Shown here one piece after another: positions 1 to 14,575 of a DNA stretch of 64,000 nucleotides. This DNA is from the human T2T-CHM13v2.0 reference genome, Homo sapiens. The stretch is taken from the NCBI RefSeq assembly GCF_009914755.1, contig NC_060943.1; one strand, written 5' to 3'. Under the pieces are notes generated by a model. It did not search any database, was not told the origin of the DNA, and worked only from the letters and a program-made list of their open reading frames with translations. How positions within the stretch are numbered: the first letter of the stretch is position 1; each line of letters opens with the position of its first letter. Position numbers and translations under genes: made by a program.

Positions 1-500
1 TTATTGTATTGCATTTTATTATTTATCTATTGTGTTTATTATCTATTGTATTTATTATTGTATCTATTATATTTATTATTCCTGAAAGTTTGTACTTATT
101 ATTTATATATTGTATTTATTGTTTATTATTGTATTTAGTATTTATTATTGCATTATATTTATTATTATTTATTGTATTTATTATTTCTAAAGAGTTTTTA
201 GGAAACTCTGTATTTATTATTCCTAAGATAAAGTTTATTGTATTTATTATTCCTAAATATTTATACATTTATAATATTTATATATTATATATTCACATAT
301 TTGTAATATTTATGTTAGTTACATTACATATAATATTTATATTATATATTACGTATGTATAATATGTATATTATATATTTACATATTTATAATATGTATA
401 TTATATATTTACATATTTATACAATTTATATATTATGTATTTATATATTGTATATTTATATATTTATAATATGTAAATATTTTTATATTATATTTAGGAA
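1..500. repeat. AT-rich low-complexity / degenerate tandem repeat
   Basis: Reiterated ttattg/tatatt motifs; a 30-bp unit aatatgtatattatatatttacatatttat occurs twice at 361-420. Confidence 0.9.
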
Positions 501-803
501 CAATAACATTGCACTTATTATTCCTGAAAAAGTCTGGGGCAAGATTAATTTGATAGGATAAACACAAGTACTACAATGCTGTTTTTTTGGCACCCCAGAA
601 CTGGTAGGCTGATCCACCAATATTCTTTAGTCAAAGTTCTTAGGGCCTTGAACTGGAGGTAAGAGGATAAGCCCAACCTTAAGTCTCTTGTATTTTAGAG
701 CTTGCCATATATATTGCTGTGAATACGCAATATGATTTAACCATAGCATAGCAATTTAACCAAGGAGGTTGAGTTGTAGCAGGAATAAGAGTAATAACTT
801 TTG

Positions 804-1109
804 GGCCAAGCACGGTGGTTCACGCCTGTAATCCCAGCACTTTGGGAGGCCAAGGCGGGCAGATCACGAGGTCAGGAGTTCGAGAACAGCCTGGCCAACA
901 TGGCAAAACCCCATCTCTACTAAACATACAAAAATTCGCCGGGTATGGTGGTGGGTGTCTATAATCCCAGCTACTCAGGAGGCTGAGGCAAGAGAATCGC
1001 TTGAACCCTGGAGGCGGAGGTTGCGGTGAGCCGAGATTGTACCATTGCACTCTAGCCTGGGTGACAAGAGCAAGACTGTCTCAAAAAGAAAGAAAGGAAA
1101 AAAAAAAAG
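804..1109 (+). mobile_element. Alu (AluSg-like)
   Basis: Full dimeric Alu with A tail; TSD aaga(g/a)taataacttttgg on both sides. Confidence 0.95.
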
Positions 1110-2944
1110 AATAATAACTTTTGGTAGAGTAAATAATGCCTAAACCTCACTTATTGATCTCCTCCATGGGTCAGGCACCCCAAGGCCCTCACAAGTCTTG
1201 GTTGTCTTAATTAATTTAAGCCACAGAACTTGAGGTTGGCCCTGTGATCTTCTCCATGTTTAGAAGAAGCAGCTGAGCTTTCTCTCCAAATTCCCTAGAG
1301 ACATGCCATCACCCTTACATGCATACGAAATACTTTTGTCCCTTATGAAAATTTCACTAGGAAAAATTACTCACTACGTTCCTTAGTCATAGATGTGTAT
1401 GTAAAATGCATTTGCGGGGCCAGTGGTAACTGACATAGCCTGTAACTTACCAGGTGTGAGATGTATAAATGAAGATGGCCATTGTCTGAAGTGAGAAGAA
1501 TGGGATAAAAAAAAGAAAACAAAAATCGGAGAAGTCCTACTGAAACTCAGTGAAAGCGTCAGCTACATTTTGCAAACTTCAAGGAGTTTCTGTCAGGTGC
1601 TAGGCTGCTGAGACCAGAGTGAATTTTTGGCTTAAAGCAGACATACAGCCCTCTCTCCAGGGGAGGCAGCATGGTGTGGGAAAGAAAGTCAAGGACATGC
1701 TAGTGGAAAGTCATGTCCTCCTCTCCAGGGTGAGCATGCAGGGGCGGCAGCCGTTGGGGAGATGAGGCCAGTGCCTGCCTTGTCTTAAGGGCCTGCAGAC
1801 ACCCCAGCTTCAGATACATGGGCACAGTCTTGGCTGCACCTAGAAGCCCTGGGATGCTGACGTGAGCATTTCCTGGGATGGAGGAACTCCTTCTTGAACC
1901 CCCTCAAACTTGCAGAGGTGGGCTAGACATGAGTAGGCTGCTCATGAGCACCTTTTGTGTCCGGGAACCAGCAGTCATGAGGATGCTTTGTTGACCGTGA
2001 AGACCCAGTGTTTCCAGCAGGCAGAATTCTGTGGCCTGGCCTCTTCTCCAATGGCCCCTTCACCACTGTAGTGAGCTCCATCTGCCCTTGGGGCCCCCTT
2101 CCTGAACAAGAGAGATGCAGCTCACTCACACAGTGGGATGGGGATGCCCTCAACTTGACAGGCAAAAGCCTGGGCATGAGAGTGAGCTCAGCTATCCAGC
2201 CCCCTGAAGAAAAGACAGATGGAGCAGAAAACCGTATTGTCATGATATCAAGGAAAGAGAAAAAACAGAATTCTAAAAATATTTACTCCAGGAAACAGAT
2301 GTAAGGTTTTCTTTCCAAAATGAAAACATTGAATCTGCAAACCAAATGGGGAAGAGAGGATGAGGACAAGCTGTGGTGGAAATGGAGCTGGTAGTCAGGT
2401 AAAGCATCCAAGGACACAAACATCACAGCAAAATCGCAGAAGGGTCAGCGACAGGGAGAATCTGTGAGAACCCTGCAGACAGTGGACTCGGTGACATGGA
2501 GCATAGGTTTGAGAGGCTTTTTCAGAGTGCACCAAAAACAAAACAAAACAAAACAAAACAAACGAACAAAAAAAGGACCAGAGAAGTTAGAAGCAATAAT
2601 CGGCAGAGCAGCGGCTTTGAAGAAAAGAGATTGGAAATCCAATCAGGAGGATGGGTGTTAATGAAGAAAGAACATGACTAACAAGGAAGAAAAAATATTC
2701 AAAAATAAAAGAGGAAAACCTGGCTGAACTGAAGACAGATCTAAATCTGCAGGTTGAAAGGGTTTGCTAGAGACCAGGCAAAACTAGTAAACATCAAAAG
2801 ATAGTGGTGACACACTAATCGCTTGGATTCATGAGGAATGAATACCTACAAAGACATAAACAGCAGGCTGCCTTGGTTCTCTCCCTGCACTCCTTACCGC
2901 CTGCCCTCCTTGGAGTAGGGCCTCACCCTGCCTTCTCAGCATCT

Positions 2945-3377
2945 CTTTTCTTTCCTTTCCTTTTCTTTTTTCCTTCCTTCCTTCCTTCCTTCCTTCCTTC
3001 CTTCCTCCCTCCCTCCCTCCCTCCCTTCCTTCCTTTCTTCCTTCCTTCCTCTCCCCCCTTTCTCTCTCTCTCTTTCTCTCTCTCTCCCTTCTTTTCTGAC
3101 AGAGTCTTGCTCTATCGCCCAGGCTGGAGAGCAGTGGTGCAGTCTCGGCTCACTGTGCAACCTCTGCCTCCCAGGTTCAAGTGATGCTCCTGCCTCAGCC
3201 TCCCGAGTATCTGGGATTACGGGTGCCTGCCACCACACCTGGCTAATTTTTGTATTTTTAGTAGAGATGGGGTTTTGCCATGTTGGCCAGGCTGGTCTGA
3301 ACTCCTGACCTCAGGTGATCTGCCCGCTTGGCCTCCCAAAGTGCTGGGATTACAGGCGTGAGCCACTGCGCCTGGCC
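2945..3377 (-). mobile_element. Alu (AluSx-like) whose A tail has become a (GGAA)n/(GA)n microsatellite
   Basis: Antisense Alu at 3095-3377; CCTT/CT repeats at 2945-3095 lie inside the TSD tctcagcatct. Confidence 0.92.
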
Positions 3378-3471
3378 TCTCAGCATCTATTTCTCTGCCT
3401 TCTTGATCACCCCTCCCTGCGCCTCAGTCCATCATGGGGGAATCCCAGGTGAGATGCACTTGTACTCCTAG

Positions 3472-4020
3472 CGTTACAGGAAAGGGATCCCAATCCAGAC
3501 CCCAGGAGAGGGTTCTTGGATCTCGCTCAAGAAATAATTCAGGACAAGTCTGTAGAGTAAAGTGAAAGCAAGTTTATTAAGAAAGTAAAGGAATAAGGAA
3601 TGGCTACTCCATAGACAGAGCAGCCCCGAGGGCAGCTGGTTGCCCATTGTCATGGTTATTTCCTGATGTTACGCTAAACAAAGGTGGATTCATGCCTCCC
3701 CTTTTTAGACCATAAAGGGTAACTTCCTGATGTTGCCATGGCATTTGTAAACTGTCATGGCGCTGGTGGGAGTGTAGCAGTGAGGACGACCAGAGGTCAC
3801 TCTCGCCTCCATCTTGGTTTTGGTGGGTTTTGGCCCACTTCTTTACTGGAAACTGTTTTATCAGCAAGGTCTTTATGACCTGTATTTTGTGCTGACCTCC
3901 TATCTCATCCTGTGACTTAAAATGCCTTAACTGTTTGGCAATGCAGCCCAGTAGTTCTCAGCCTCATTTTACCCAGCTCCTATTCAAGATGGAGTTGCTC
4001 TTGTTCACACGCCTCTGACA
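3472..4020 (-). mobile_element. MER41A solo LTR (ERV1)
   Basis: Reverse complement begins TGTCAGAGGCGTGTGAACAAGAGCAACTCCATCTTG and ends CCTGTAACG; 4-bp TSD ctag/ctag. Confidence 0.88.
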
Positions 4021-5230
4021 CTAGTCGTCTCACTGCAGAGCTGCTGAGCTGCCTTGGATACTGGGCTAATCTTCAGAGACCAGAAGCTGGCAAGGCTCAC
4101 AATATGAGCCTTGGCTGCTCACACCTTCCCCCAAGGGAATCCCTATGTGCAGATGGGGTTTGGATAGGCAGAGGGGAGAGACCCCTCCTTCTGCAAATTC
4201 AGGCCAAAGATGGGTCAAGCCCTGAAGAGCAGAAGCCACATAACTTTTGGGCCACACTGTAGACCCAGTGGGTGAACTGCTTTTCTCAGCCAGCAGGTCC
4301 ACTGGGGCTCACCCAGGCTAAGCTAGATGCCCCCTGGCAAGGTTGCCAACTCCCTGACCTCTACCTAACGACCCAGGGAGGGGAATGGCTTGCCAGCCCA
4401 TCACTCCTGCAGCAACTGTGGTGGGAAGGATGAGAAACGTAATTAAAATCTCAGGCATCTTTTCCCAAGGGTCATTCCAGCTGAAGAGCCTAAATATCAT
4501 AAGGGTATGAATGAGCTGCATTTATTATTTTCACCATGGAGACGTCCAAGAAAACTGACCTTTTCAGCTTCAATAAAAACGGATTTTCCTGCAGATACTT
4601 TGACAACAGCTGTGATCATGAGCTTGGCTGAAACTTAATATTAAACACCAAAGACCAGGAAAAAGAGATGCCTTCCCAAGGCCTGGGAGAGTTACTGACA
4701 CCCGCTTGCAATTAGACACTGGTATGGGCATGGCAGCCTGAGCCCAGCTCACAGAGGCTCACTCACTCCTCCTGGATCCAGATGGCTGAGGAACCCACTG
4801 AGCATCAAAGCCACCTATTATTTTCGCGTTTAGTTTAAGGCATGTAGCACGGGACTCAGAGCAAAGCTGCAGTAGCAGACTGCCCTGGAATTCAGCAGGA
4901 CTAGGTTCCGGTCTGCTTGGATTCAGCATCCCCTCCTGTCATGTGACCAGGAGCCCCAGACATCACACTCTGGCTCGTCTTCCCCTAAACACAGCCCAGA
5001 GCTGACCCTCCTGCCATGACTTGGCCATACTAGTTGGCAAAAAGCTTGCCAACTTCCTGCCCCACCATTTCTACTGACCATGGTAGCCAATACCCAGAGG
5101 AACAGATGACAGTCAATGGCAGCTGCTGCCTTGTACTGAAATCAGGTGTTGGACAGTAACAAAACCTTGAGTTCCCTCTAAACACCTGTGCCTGACCCCA
5201 GGCATTTTGTCCTCCCTGTCCCAACCCTGC

Positions 5231-5888
5231 TGAAACCACCTTTGCCAAAATTATGACTGAGAAAATTATTACAGTAAAAGAGATCTGACTGAACCAACTC
5301 CGTCTTGCTCCTAACCTCCAAGTTGTCCTTGTTCATTCCTGGGCATAGGCCGAACTAACTTTGGGAGGAACTTGGTTTACAGTTTAATTTTGAAACAAAG
5401 ATGATAACAGCCTTTTCCCAAAACAAACCCCCTTCTTGCTTGGGGACTAGACTGCCTTTGCAGGACTAAAAAATTAGCCACATAAGATTAGAAATTATGG
5501 TGTAGGAGTCACTGTTGCAAAATCTGAGATTGGTGCTTTTGCAGATCTTCTGCTCCAGTGCACCAGCTGACGCCACCCAAATCGATAAACTGGCTCATCT
5601 GGTCTTGGGGCCCCCCACCCAGGAGCTGACTCAGTGCAAGAGGACAGCCTCACCTCCCGATGATTTCATCTTCAACCCAACCAATCAGCACTTACCACTT
5701 TCCAACCTTCTACCCACCAAGTTACCCTTAAAAACCCTTGTCCCCCAATTTCTGAGGAGATTGATTTGAGTAACAACTCTGTCTCCTGTGTGGCGTGGCT
5801 GGCCTCTTGTCAGTTAAACTCTTTCTTTACTGCAATGCTGTGGTCTTTATTTGTGCAGTGGGCATGAAGAATCTCTCAGGTGGTTACA
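5231..5888 (+). mobile_element. LTR8-group solo LTR (ERV1)
   Basis: Starts TGAAACCACCTTTGCCAAAATTATGACTGAG, ends GGTTACA; perfect TSD ctgc/ctgc. Confidence 0.85.
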
Positions 5889-6074
5889 CTGCCACCATGA
5901 AAGTGAAGCAATTTAAAAAGGTATAAAACAATAAGGACAAAGGCAAATGAGGAGAGAGTAGCAACGAGAGATTTCAATGAATTTCAGAAGGCAGAACTTG
6001 GAGGAAGGCAATCTTACTAGGCAGAGCAGAGAAAGCACCTGAGGTGCTTTAGAGGAGACTGGTGAGCATGAGCC

Positions 6075-6617
6075 TGTCAGAGATGTTTGAACCACAGCAA
6101 CTCCATCTTGAATAGAGGCTGGATAAAATGAGGCTGAGACCTACTGGGCTGCATTCCCAGATTGTTAAGGCATTCTAAGTCACAGGATGAAATAGGAGGT
6201 CAGCACAAGATACAGGTTATAAAGACCTTGCTGACAAAACAGGTTGCAGTGAAGAAACCCACCAAAACCAAGATGGAGACGAGAGTGACCTCTGGTTGTC
6301 CTCACTGCTACAATCCCACAAGCAGCATGACAGTTTACAAATGCCATGGCAACGTCTGGAAGTTACCCTCTATGGTCCAGAAAGGGGAGGCATGAATAAT
6401 CCACCCCTCGTTCAGCATATCATCAGGAAATAACCATAAAAATGGGCAACCAGCAGCCCTTGGGGCTGCTCTATCTATGGAGTAGCCATTCTTTTATTCC
6501 TTTACTTTCTTAATAAACTTGCTTTCACTTTACAGACTCATCCTGAGTTCTTTCTTGCACAAGATCCAAGAATCCCCCCTCTCTTGGAGTCTGAATCCAA
6601 ACCCCTTTCCTGTAACA
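6075..6617 (+). mobile_element. MER41A solo LTR (ERV1)
   Basis: TGTCAGAGATGTTTGAACCACAGCAACTCCATCTTG...CCTTTCCTGTAACA; TSD agcc/tgcc; near reverse complement of 3472-4020. Confidence 0.88.
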
Positions 6618-8337
6618 TGCCCATTAACACAGAACCTCAGGCAAGTGGTGGGGCTGGATTCCGGAAGCTGGGACTGGGAATGAGAGTTTAGGAGGATTAA
6701 AAACAAGGGAGTTGGATGACATCACAGAAGAGTGCAGTTAGAAGCTGCAGGAATCTTTCCCTCCACCCTAACAAGTTTTGATCTGGCAAGGGCTGTCTAA
6801 AGCAACTATTTTGGAACTCTGCAGTCTAGTTGAACACGTTCGGCATCCAAGAGAAAACTTAATGGAGAAGCTGGTGAATTTTAATACATTTCCACGTTTG
6901 CGTACTGGCTACCATCCCCCACCTGCCAGCCCCGTGGCAAACAGCTGTGGGGACAGTGGCCTGCATTCCTGGTGTGACTTACTGGTGCCAGGGTGGGGAA
7001 TAAGGACCTTATCCTCCAAAAATTAGAGTTGTGTGTTTTGATTGCTGATCCTTTTGACCTCTGGGGGACTGGCACAGAGTCCAGCCATTGTTTCAGATCA
7101 CAAGAGCTAGAGCAGCTTTTCTGCTGTGAGGGGATTTAAAGAGACATGACTTCCCTGTTCCCTCCCCTCACCTCAACAATTTTGGGAGCCAAACATTTAA
7201 GGAAATCTTTGTCAGGTCATTGACTGACAGAGACAACGGAACAGGAACTTCAAGGACCACATGCAATAAGCAATCACAATTTGTAAAAATAATCTGGAAA
7301 AAAATCACAGATGGATGGCTCCATCCTTAACAAGCAAAAATCCACAATCCTTGAGGAGTGTGAGAGTTAGAGTTCCAGGATTACCACAATAATAATCAGA
7401 ATGCCCAGTACTCAACAAAAAAAGTACAAAACATACAAGGAAATAGGAAAGTATGACCTGTTCACAGGAAAAGAACATTTGACAGAAACCATCCCCGAAG
7501 AAGACCAGACATAGGAATTACTAGTCAAAGACATTAAATCAATTATCTTAGACACATTTAATGAGCTAAAATAAACCATGGATTAAAAAACCAAAGGAAA
7601 TTGAGAAAATAATGTCTAAAAAATGAGAATATCAATAATGAGAAATTATAAGAAAGGAACCAAACTGGTCTTGGAACTGAAAAATACAATAACTTAAAAT
7701 GAAAAACTTACTGGAAGCATTCTACAGCAGATTTGAGTAGGCAGAAGAAAGCATCGGTAAACATGAAGATAAGACAATTGAAAGTATCCAGTCTGAGGAA
7801 CATAAATAAAAATGAATGAAGGAAAATAAATAGAGCCTGAAGGATTTATGGGATGTCATCAACTATAACTATGCATTATAGGAATTACAGAAGAAGGAAG
7901 AGAAAGGGGCAGAAAAACATATTTAAAGAAATTGTGGCTAAAGGCTTCCCAAATCTGATGAAAGATATGATATAGATACTCAAGAAGCTCAACAAACTCC
8001 AAACAGGATAAACTCAAGAGATCCATACTGAGACATATTATACTCAAATTGCCGAAACCAAAGCAAAGAGAGAATTTTGAAAGCAACAAGGGAGAAGCAA
8101 TTCATCACGTACAAGGTATCATCAAAAACTTAATAGCTGATTTCTCTTTAGAAACCCTGAAGGCTAAAAGGCAGTGGGGTCACATATGAAAGTCCTGGAA
8201 AAAAAACTCAATCAAAAATTCAACATCTGGCAAAACTATTTTTTAAGAATGAGGGAGAAATTAAGACATTTCAAGAAAAACAAAAGCTGAGGGAGATCAT
8301 TACAAATAGACCTGCCCTAGAAATGCTAACAGGCTGG

Positions 8338-8339
<2 letters not shown>

Positions 8340-8392
<53 letters not shown>
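8340..8392. repeat. (CA)n microsatellite
   Basis: About 26 CA units. Confidence 0.97.
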
Positions 8393-8393
<1 letters not shown>

Positions 8394-9466
8394 GACAGTA
8401 ACTTGAAGCTGTAAGAAGAAATAACACTAACACTGGTAAAGGTAACTACATAGATAAATATAAAAGCCAATATTATTTTTCCTTGGTTTGTAACTTCCTT
8501 TGGTTTGGATTGGTTTTGGTTTATACTTTTGGTTTGGTTTGTAACTTCTCCCTTTTTCCTACCTGATTTAAGAAACTAATGTATACAACAATAATTGTAA
8601 GTCTATGTTAATGGGCACATAAGGTATAAAATGTAATCTGTGACAATAATAATGTAAAGAGGAGGGATGAAGATGTATAGGAACAGAGTATTTATATTCT
8701 ATTGAAACTATTATCCAAATTTAATTGTTATAAGTTTAAGATGTTATTTGTAATCTCCAAGGTAACCACTAAGAGAATAACCTAAACACATATAGAAAAG
8801 GAAAGAAAAATGGAATCAAAATGATACACTACAAAAAAAATCAACTAAATTTTTAAAAAGGCAGCAATGGGGGAATTATACAACAAAAATCATATAAGAC
8901 ATACAGAAAACAAATAGCTAAATGGCAGAAGTAAATCCTTCTTTATCTAGAATATATAAAAACTCCTGCAAATGGACAATACAACAACGAAAATCCCCAA
9001 ACAACTCAATTTTAAAAATGGGCAAAGAATTTGAATAGAAGTCTCTCCAAAAAAGATATACAAATAGCCAATACAAGATGATTGGCTAATATCATTAGTT
9101 ATATGGTTCAGCGTCCAAGAGTCCAATATGCTCAATATCATTAGTCATTGGAGAAACGCAAATCAAGACCACAATGAGATATCACCTAACACCAATTAGA
9201 ATAGCTATAATTTACAAAAAAGAAAAAAAAGTTTAAAAGCACACCAGAAAATAACAAGTGTTGATGAGGATGTAGAGAAATTGAAAAACTTGTGCATGGC
9301 TAGTGGGAATGTAAAATGGTGATGCCCCAGTGGAAAACAGTTTGGTGGCTCTTCAAAAAGTTGAACATAGAATTATTATGTGATCCAGCAATTCTGTTCC
9401 TAGGTATATATCCAAAATATTGAAAAACAGGGATGAAAATAGATACTTGTACACCCATAAGCAGAG

Positions 9467-10013
9467 TGTCACTGGTGAAGGGTGTTCAGGTTCTTGGCAT
9501 TTTGAACAAAGAATTGGACAAAATGCAGAAACAAAGCAAGGAAAGAATGAAGCAATGAAAGCAGAGATTTATTGAAATAAAAGTACACTCCATAGAGTGG
9601 GAGCAGGCTTGAGCAAGCAGTTCAAGAGCCCCCTTGCAGAATTTTCTGGGGTTTAAATACCCTCTAGAGATTTTTTTTATTGGTTACTTGGTTTACACCC
9701 TATGTAAATAAAGTAGTGGTTTGCAACCAGTCTAATTGGTTGCAGAAGGTGGCCAACCAGAAGCCGAAGTGAAGTTACAAAGTTACAGATGAAGACTTGG
9801 TCTGTGACCAGTCTGATTGGTTGCAAGAGGGGACCAATCAGAGGTACTTTCGTCTTTCATCTGCAATGCAGAAAAGGGGTTGGGAGTTGCAAAGGGAGTA
9901 GCCACTGATCCTTTTGTTACTTAAAGGTAGGGTTTTCCTCTTGATTCAGTTCTAGGAAGTCAGCATGGATCAGCCTAAGGTTCTCTGCCTCCAGACTCTA
10001 TTCTCCTGCCTCA
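9467..10013 (-). mobile_element. MER51-family solo LTR (ERV1) inserted in L1
   Basis: Reverse complement starts TGAGGCAGGAGAATAGAGTCTGGAGGCAG; TSD agag/atag; L1 sequence resumes on both sides. Confidence 0.8.
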
Positions 10014-11198
10014 ATAGCTGCATTTTTCAAAATAGCCAAAAAGGTGTAAACAACCCAAGTGTCCATTAATGGATGAATACATTTTAAAAAATGTGAGATA
10101 TATATATACCTGCAATGGAGTGTTATTCAGCCCCAAGATGTACTGAAATTCTGACCCATGCTACAACATGGAAAAACCTTGAAAACACTATGCTAAGGAA
10201 AAGAAGCCAGACATAAAAGGGAAAACATTGTATAATTCCACTTGTATGAAGTATCTAGAATGGCCAAATAAATACAGACAGAAAGTAGAATAGAGGTTCC
10301 CAGGGGCTGGGGCAGGAAGGTATGGGGTGTTATTTCTTAATAGGTACAGAGTTTCTGTTTTGGATGATGAAAAATTTCTGGAAGTAGATAGTGGTAATGG
10401 TTACAAAACATTGTGAATGTACATACTGCCACTGAATTGTACACCTAAAAAGGGTTAAAATTGGCAAATTTTATGTTACATATATTTTACCAAAAAATTT
10501 CAAAACCAGAGGAATTGGTGAAAAAGCTGTAAATTGAGCTTCTGAAATGCCAGAGTCTCTCTCCTTGCTCAATATCCAGGAGATGAGAGGCTGGAGTTTC
10601 ATTTTATTAGGAAATTGAACCAAGGAGTTGAATTTTAGGGCATCAGGCATAAGAGATGTCTGGGGAACAGTGTGGATTGCTAGGCCTCCTTCACTCACCA
10701 GATATGGCATTTCCCCAGTCACATACCACCCATCCACCACCACCAACCCCCACACACACCACAGCACATTCCACACACCATGCAAACACACTCCATGTTC
10801 CTGGCTAGAATATCAGCAGGTTCTTTCTGGAATAACTGGGCTGTCACTGAGAGAAGAACCCCACACATTGCATATGTAGTCTGTCCAGTAAAAAGACCAG
10901 CCTGTTGCTTGCTCAGCCTCCCAGGAGTCCCGAAAGAGAAGAAATGTAGAAGGCTCAGTCTGCCTGGTCAACAGCAGTCCACAAAAGACAACAGAAAAAA
11001 CAAATGGGAGGAAATTGTAAAAATACTATAAGGCAGTTTCCCATGGTTGAGGGACATAATTCTCTTCAGTTAAAAAGCCCACCAATTGTCCAGCACAAGA
11101 AATGAAGTAAGTTTACTTCAGGGTTCATCAAGGTCAATTTTTAAGTGACAGAGATAGGAAGAACTAAATGTTTTCAATGAGAAAAAAAGTATAGAGCC

Positions 11199-11596
11199 TG
11201 TGATGTGCCCCTCTGATACCCCTTCAGGAAAACATGTGTTGTCCCAGATGTCAGCAGGTGGCTTCCAGATCTCAGCCCTTCAGGGGTCTCTACGTGTTAC
11301 AGAGAGGCACCTCGCCCCAGGTCATGCCTAGGTGATCCATATCCGATGGCTGTTAGATGTTGGAGCATAAAAGTGAGGATATCTTTGTTCAGTTCAGGAC
11401 CCTCTGAAAAGTTATTCCTGCTCCAGAGCTCCCCTGGGGTCAAGGAAGGCTATCTCAAGCCTGAAGTGCAGTACAACTTCTCCTTCTGCCTAAACCTGCC
11501 TCCTTTCTCTCTCTTTTATAAATGTTAACCACAGGAGAATCTTTAGTAAACATCCTGCATGCTAAGTCTGCTTCCAAGGGAGCCCAGCCTGCAACA
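11199..11596 (+). mobile_element. LTR16-like ERVL LTR
   Basis: 3' end gtctgcttccaagggagcccagcctgcaaca resembles the LTR16 terminus; splits an L1 ORF1 remnant. Confidence 0.55.
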
Positions 11597-11830
11597 GATG
11601 TCATACACAGAACTGGGAATTAGAATGGCGTCTGACTCCTCAACAACAACACTAAAAACTAGAACACAATGGAGCAATGCTTTTAAAATTCTGAGGGAAA
11701 AATATTTTCAAGCTAAAATTCTATACCCAGCTAAACTATCAATCAAGAATCAGCGCAGAATAAAGGCATTTTCAGACCTTCAAGTACTAAAAATATTTAC
11801 TTTCCAAATCCATTTCTTAGGGAGCTGAAG
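11597..11830 (+). mobile_element. Ancient L1M ORF1 C-terminal remnant
   Basis: Translation IRMASDSSTTTLKTRTQWSNAFKILREKYFQAKILYPAKLSIK matches L1 ORF1p (IRLTADLSAETLQARREW..IFNILKEKNFQPRISYPAKLSF). Confidence 0.85.
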
Positions 11831-12027
11831 AACAGGGATCTGAAGAACAAGCTCCAGGAAAATGAGAAAGAACAAAAAATGGTGTCATGAGACCAGGAAA
11901 AAGAAGATCCCACACAGGAGAAAAGCGAAGCCTGCTCATAAGGTGGAAGCTTCACAGCAGATTGCAGCAAGAGGTAGAAGGTTCCAGGAGGGAAATCCTC
12001 AGGAGTGAAACAGAGCTAATGGGTTAG

Positions 12028-12382
<355 letters not shown>

Positions 12383-12731
12383 TAAAAGAAATATCTAACA
12401 GTTCTGTTTATTAAATAGTTAGATCCAAACAATTTAATAAATATTTATGCCCTAACAGCTTAGTAGCCATTAAAAAAATATTATGCATAAATGGAAAGAA
12501 AAATAATATTTTTATTTTTATTTTATTCTTACATAACCACAATTACTTCCTGATGGGATGTGTCTGCCTTTTGGACACTGCAGTTTCTCAAACCTTTGCA
12601 TCAAATTGTGCACCTGTAGCTTCATTTTCTGCTTCACTATGACATTTGCCCAATACTCACTTGTTATCATAGTAACTGCTGAAACCCAGCTTTGCAAAGA
12701 TATAGCATTATTGTAAGAAATGTAGTTCAGG

Positions 12732-13056
12732 GGCCAGGCGCAGTGGCTCACACCTATAATTCCAGCACTTTGGGAGGCAAAGGCAGATGGATCGCTTGAG
12801 CCCAGGAGTTTGAGACCAGCCTGGGCAATATGGTGAAACCCCATCTCTACAAAATACAAAAAACAAAACAAACAAACAAACAAAAAAACACAAAGCCGGG
12901 CATGGTTGTGTGCCTTTAGCCCCAGCTGCTCGAGAGGCTAAGATGGGCTCTCTTGAGCCTAGGGAAGTCAAGGCTGCAGTGAGCCATGATGGTACCACTG
13001 CACTCCAGCCTGGGTGACAGAGGGAGACCTTGTATGAAAAAGGAGAAAAAAAAAAA
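12732..13056 (+). mobile_element. AluJ
   Basis: Dimeric Alu with J-type diagnostics; TSD ending tgtagttca. Confidence 0.92.
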
Positions 13057-13182
13057 GAGCTGTAGTTCACTCTAACATTAGAACAGTTAACTAATAGTTT
13101 GTGATACCTAACAAATATTGACTATCATTTGGAAAATTCAAAAGATCCTATGGTACATCTGTGCTATGCAGTGAATGAACTA

Positions 13183-13620
<438 letters not shown>

Positions 13621-14529
13621 GAAAACCAGGCTATAAAAAAGTGAAGCAATTATTGACTCTAGAAACAAGGTTGGACAAAAAATGAGACGAGATGATATAC
13701 TTCTTGACTTAACAATAAACAATATTTGCATGATCATAATAACATGAACACTGACCACAGTTTTAACCAAGAGTGTGCTGGGGTTGGTAGACAAAAGTAA
13801 AAACAAGCTAGAAACTTGTTCACACTGTGGAACAGCAACATAGAAAACGACAAAACCAAAGAATGAAGATAGGGCCGTGTAAACGTGGGATTTGGAAACA
13901 CAGAGGCAGATACCAAGGAAGCAGCTATAAGAGGTAAAAGTGTCACCAGGAGAAAGATTGGGGTATAGGGAAGTAAAACTATTGCCCTTATTCTAAGTCT
14001 TTTGGTAATATTTGACTTCTCAAACAATGTGCATGCATTGCTTTGATAACCACATTTAAAAATTAAGCCAAACAATGTTAAAACCTAACAAATATAACCC
14101 GGCTGCCCCTTCTAATCTACGTAATATTTCACATGCAACCGAAAGTCTCAGAGCTCTCCCGAGGTTTCTGCAAACCTGAGCCTGAGAGTGGAGGGATGAA
14201 TTATATTCTCACAGTGCTGCCAGCCCGGCTGCTGCCTCTGTGGGATTCTTGTCCTCTGCAAAGTATGGGGCCTCTGTGATTTACTCATCACACTTCACCT
14301 GCCCTGGCCTCTCCAAATCAGCTAAAAAGAGACAGCTGAGGCCCAAGAGGTTGGGGGCCTCTGCAGAGGGGTTCCTTATTAGGCACCCCTTTTTCTTCAC
14401 ATCAGGCTTAGACTCCCACCTCTGTCTGAGGCCTCTGATTCCTGTCCCTGTCCCAGAGAGACCCTAGGAGTGACCTGCATTTACTCTCACAGTTGGCTCC
14501 AGGCCTGACACCTGCCCCCGCCCCCACCA

Positions 14530-14531
<2 letters not shown>

Positions 14532-14573
<42 letters not shown>
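14532..14573. repeat. (CA)n microsatellite
   Basis: About 20 CA units. Confidence 0.96.

Positions 14574-14575
<2 letters not shown>

Larger units (their letters stand above)
7250..10500 (+). mobile_element. Old L1 (L1MB-type 3' end), internally deleted, interrupted by (CA)n and a MER51 LTR
   Basis: A-rich ORF1-like region at 7300-8330, jump to the ORF2 C-terminal region near 8946, L1MB-style 3' UTR at 10014-10500. Confidence 0.8.

Noticed and set aside
9-561. Hydrophobic Ile/Tyr/Leu-rich membrane-like ORFs
   Set aside because: Artefact of an AT-rich low-complexity repeat
3472-6617. MER41A pair as the two LTRs of one provirus or a composite transposon
   Set aside because: Opposite orientation, separate TSDs and no internal gag/pol sequence
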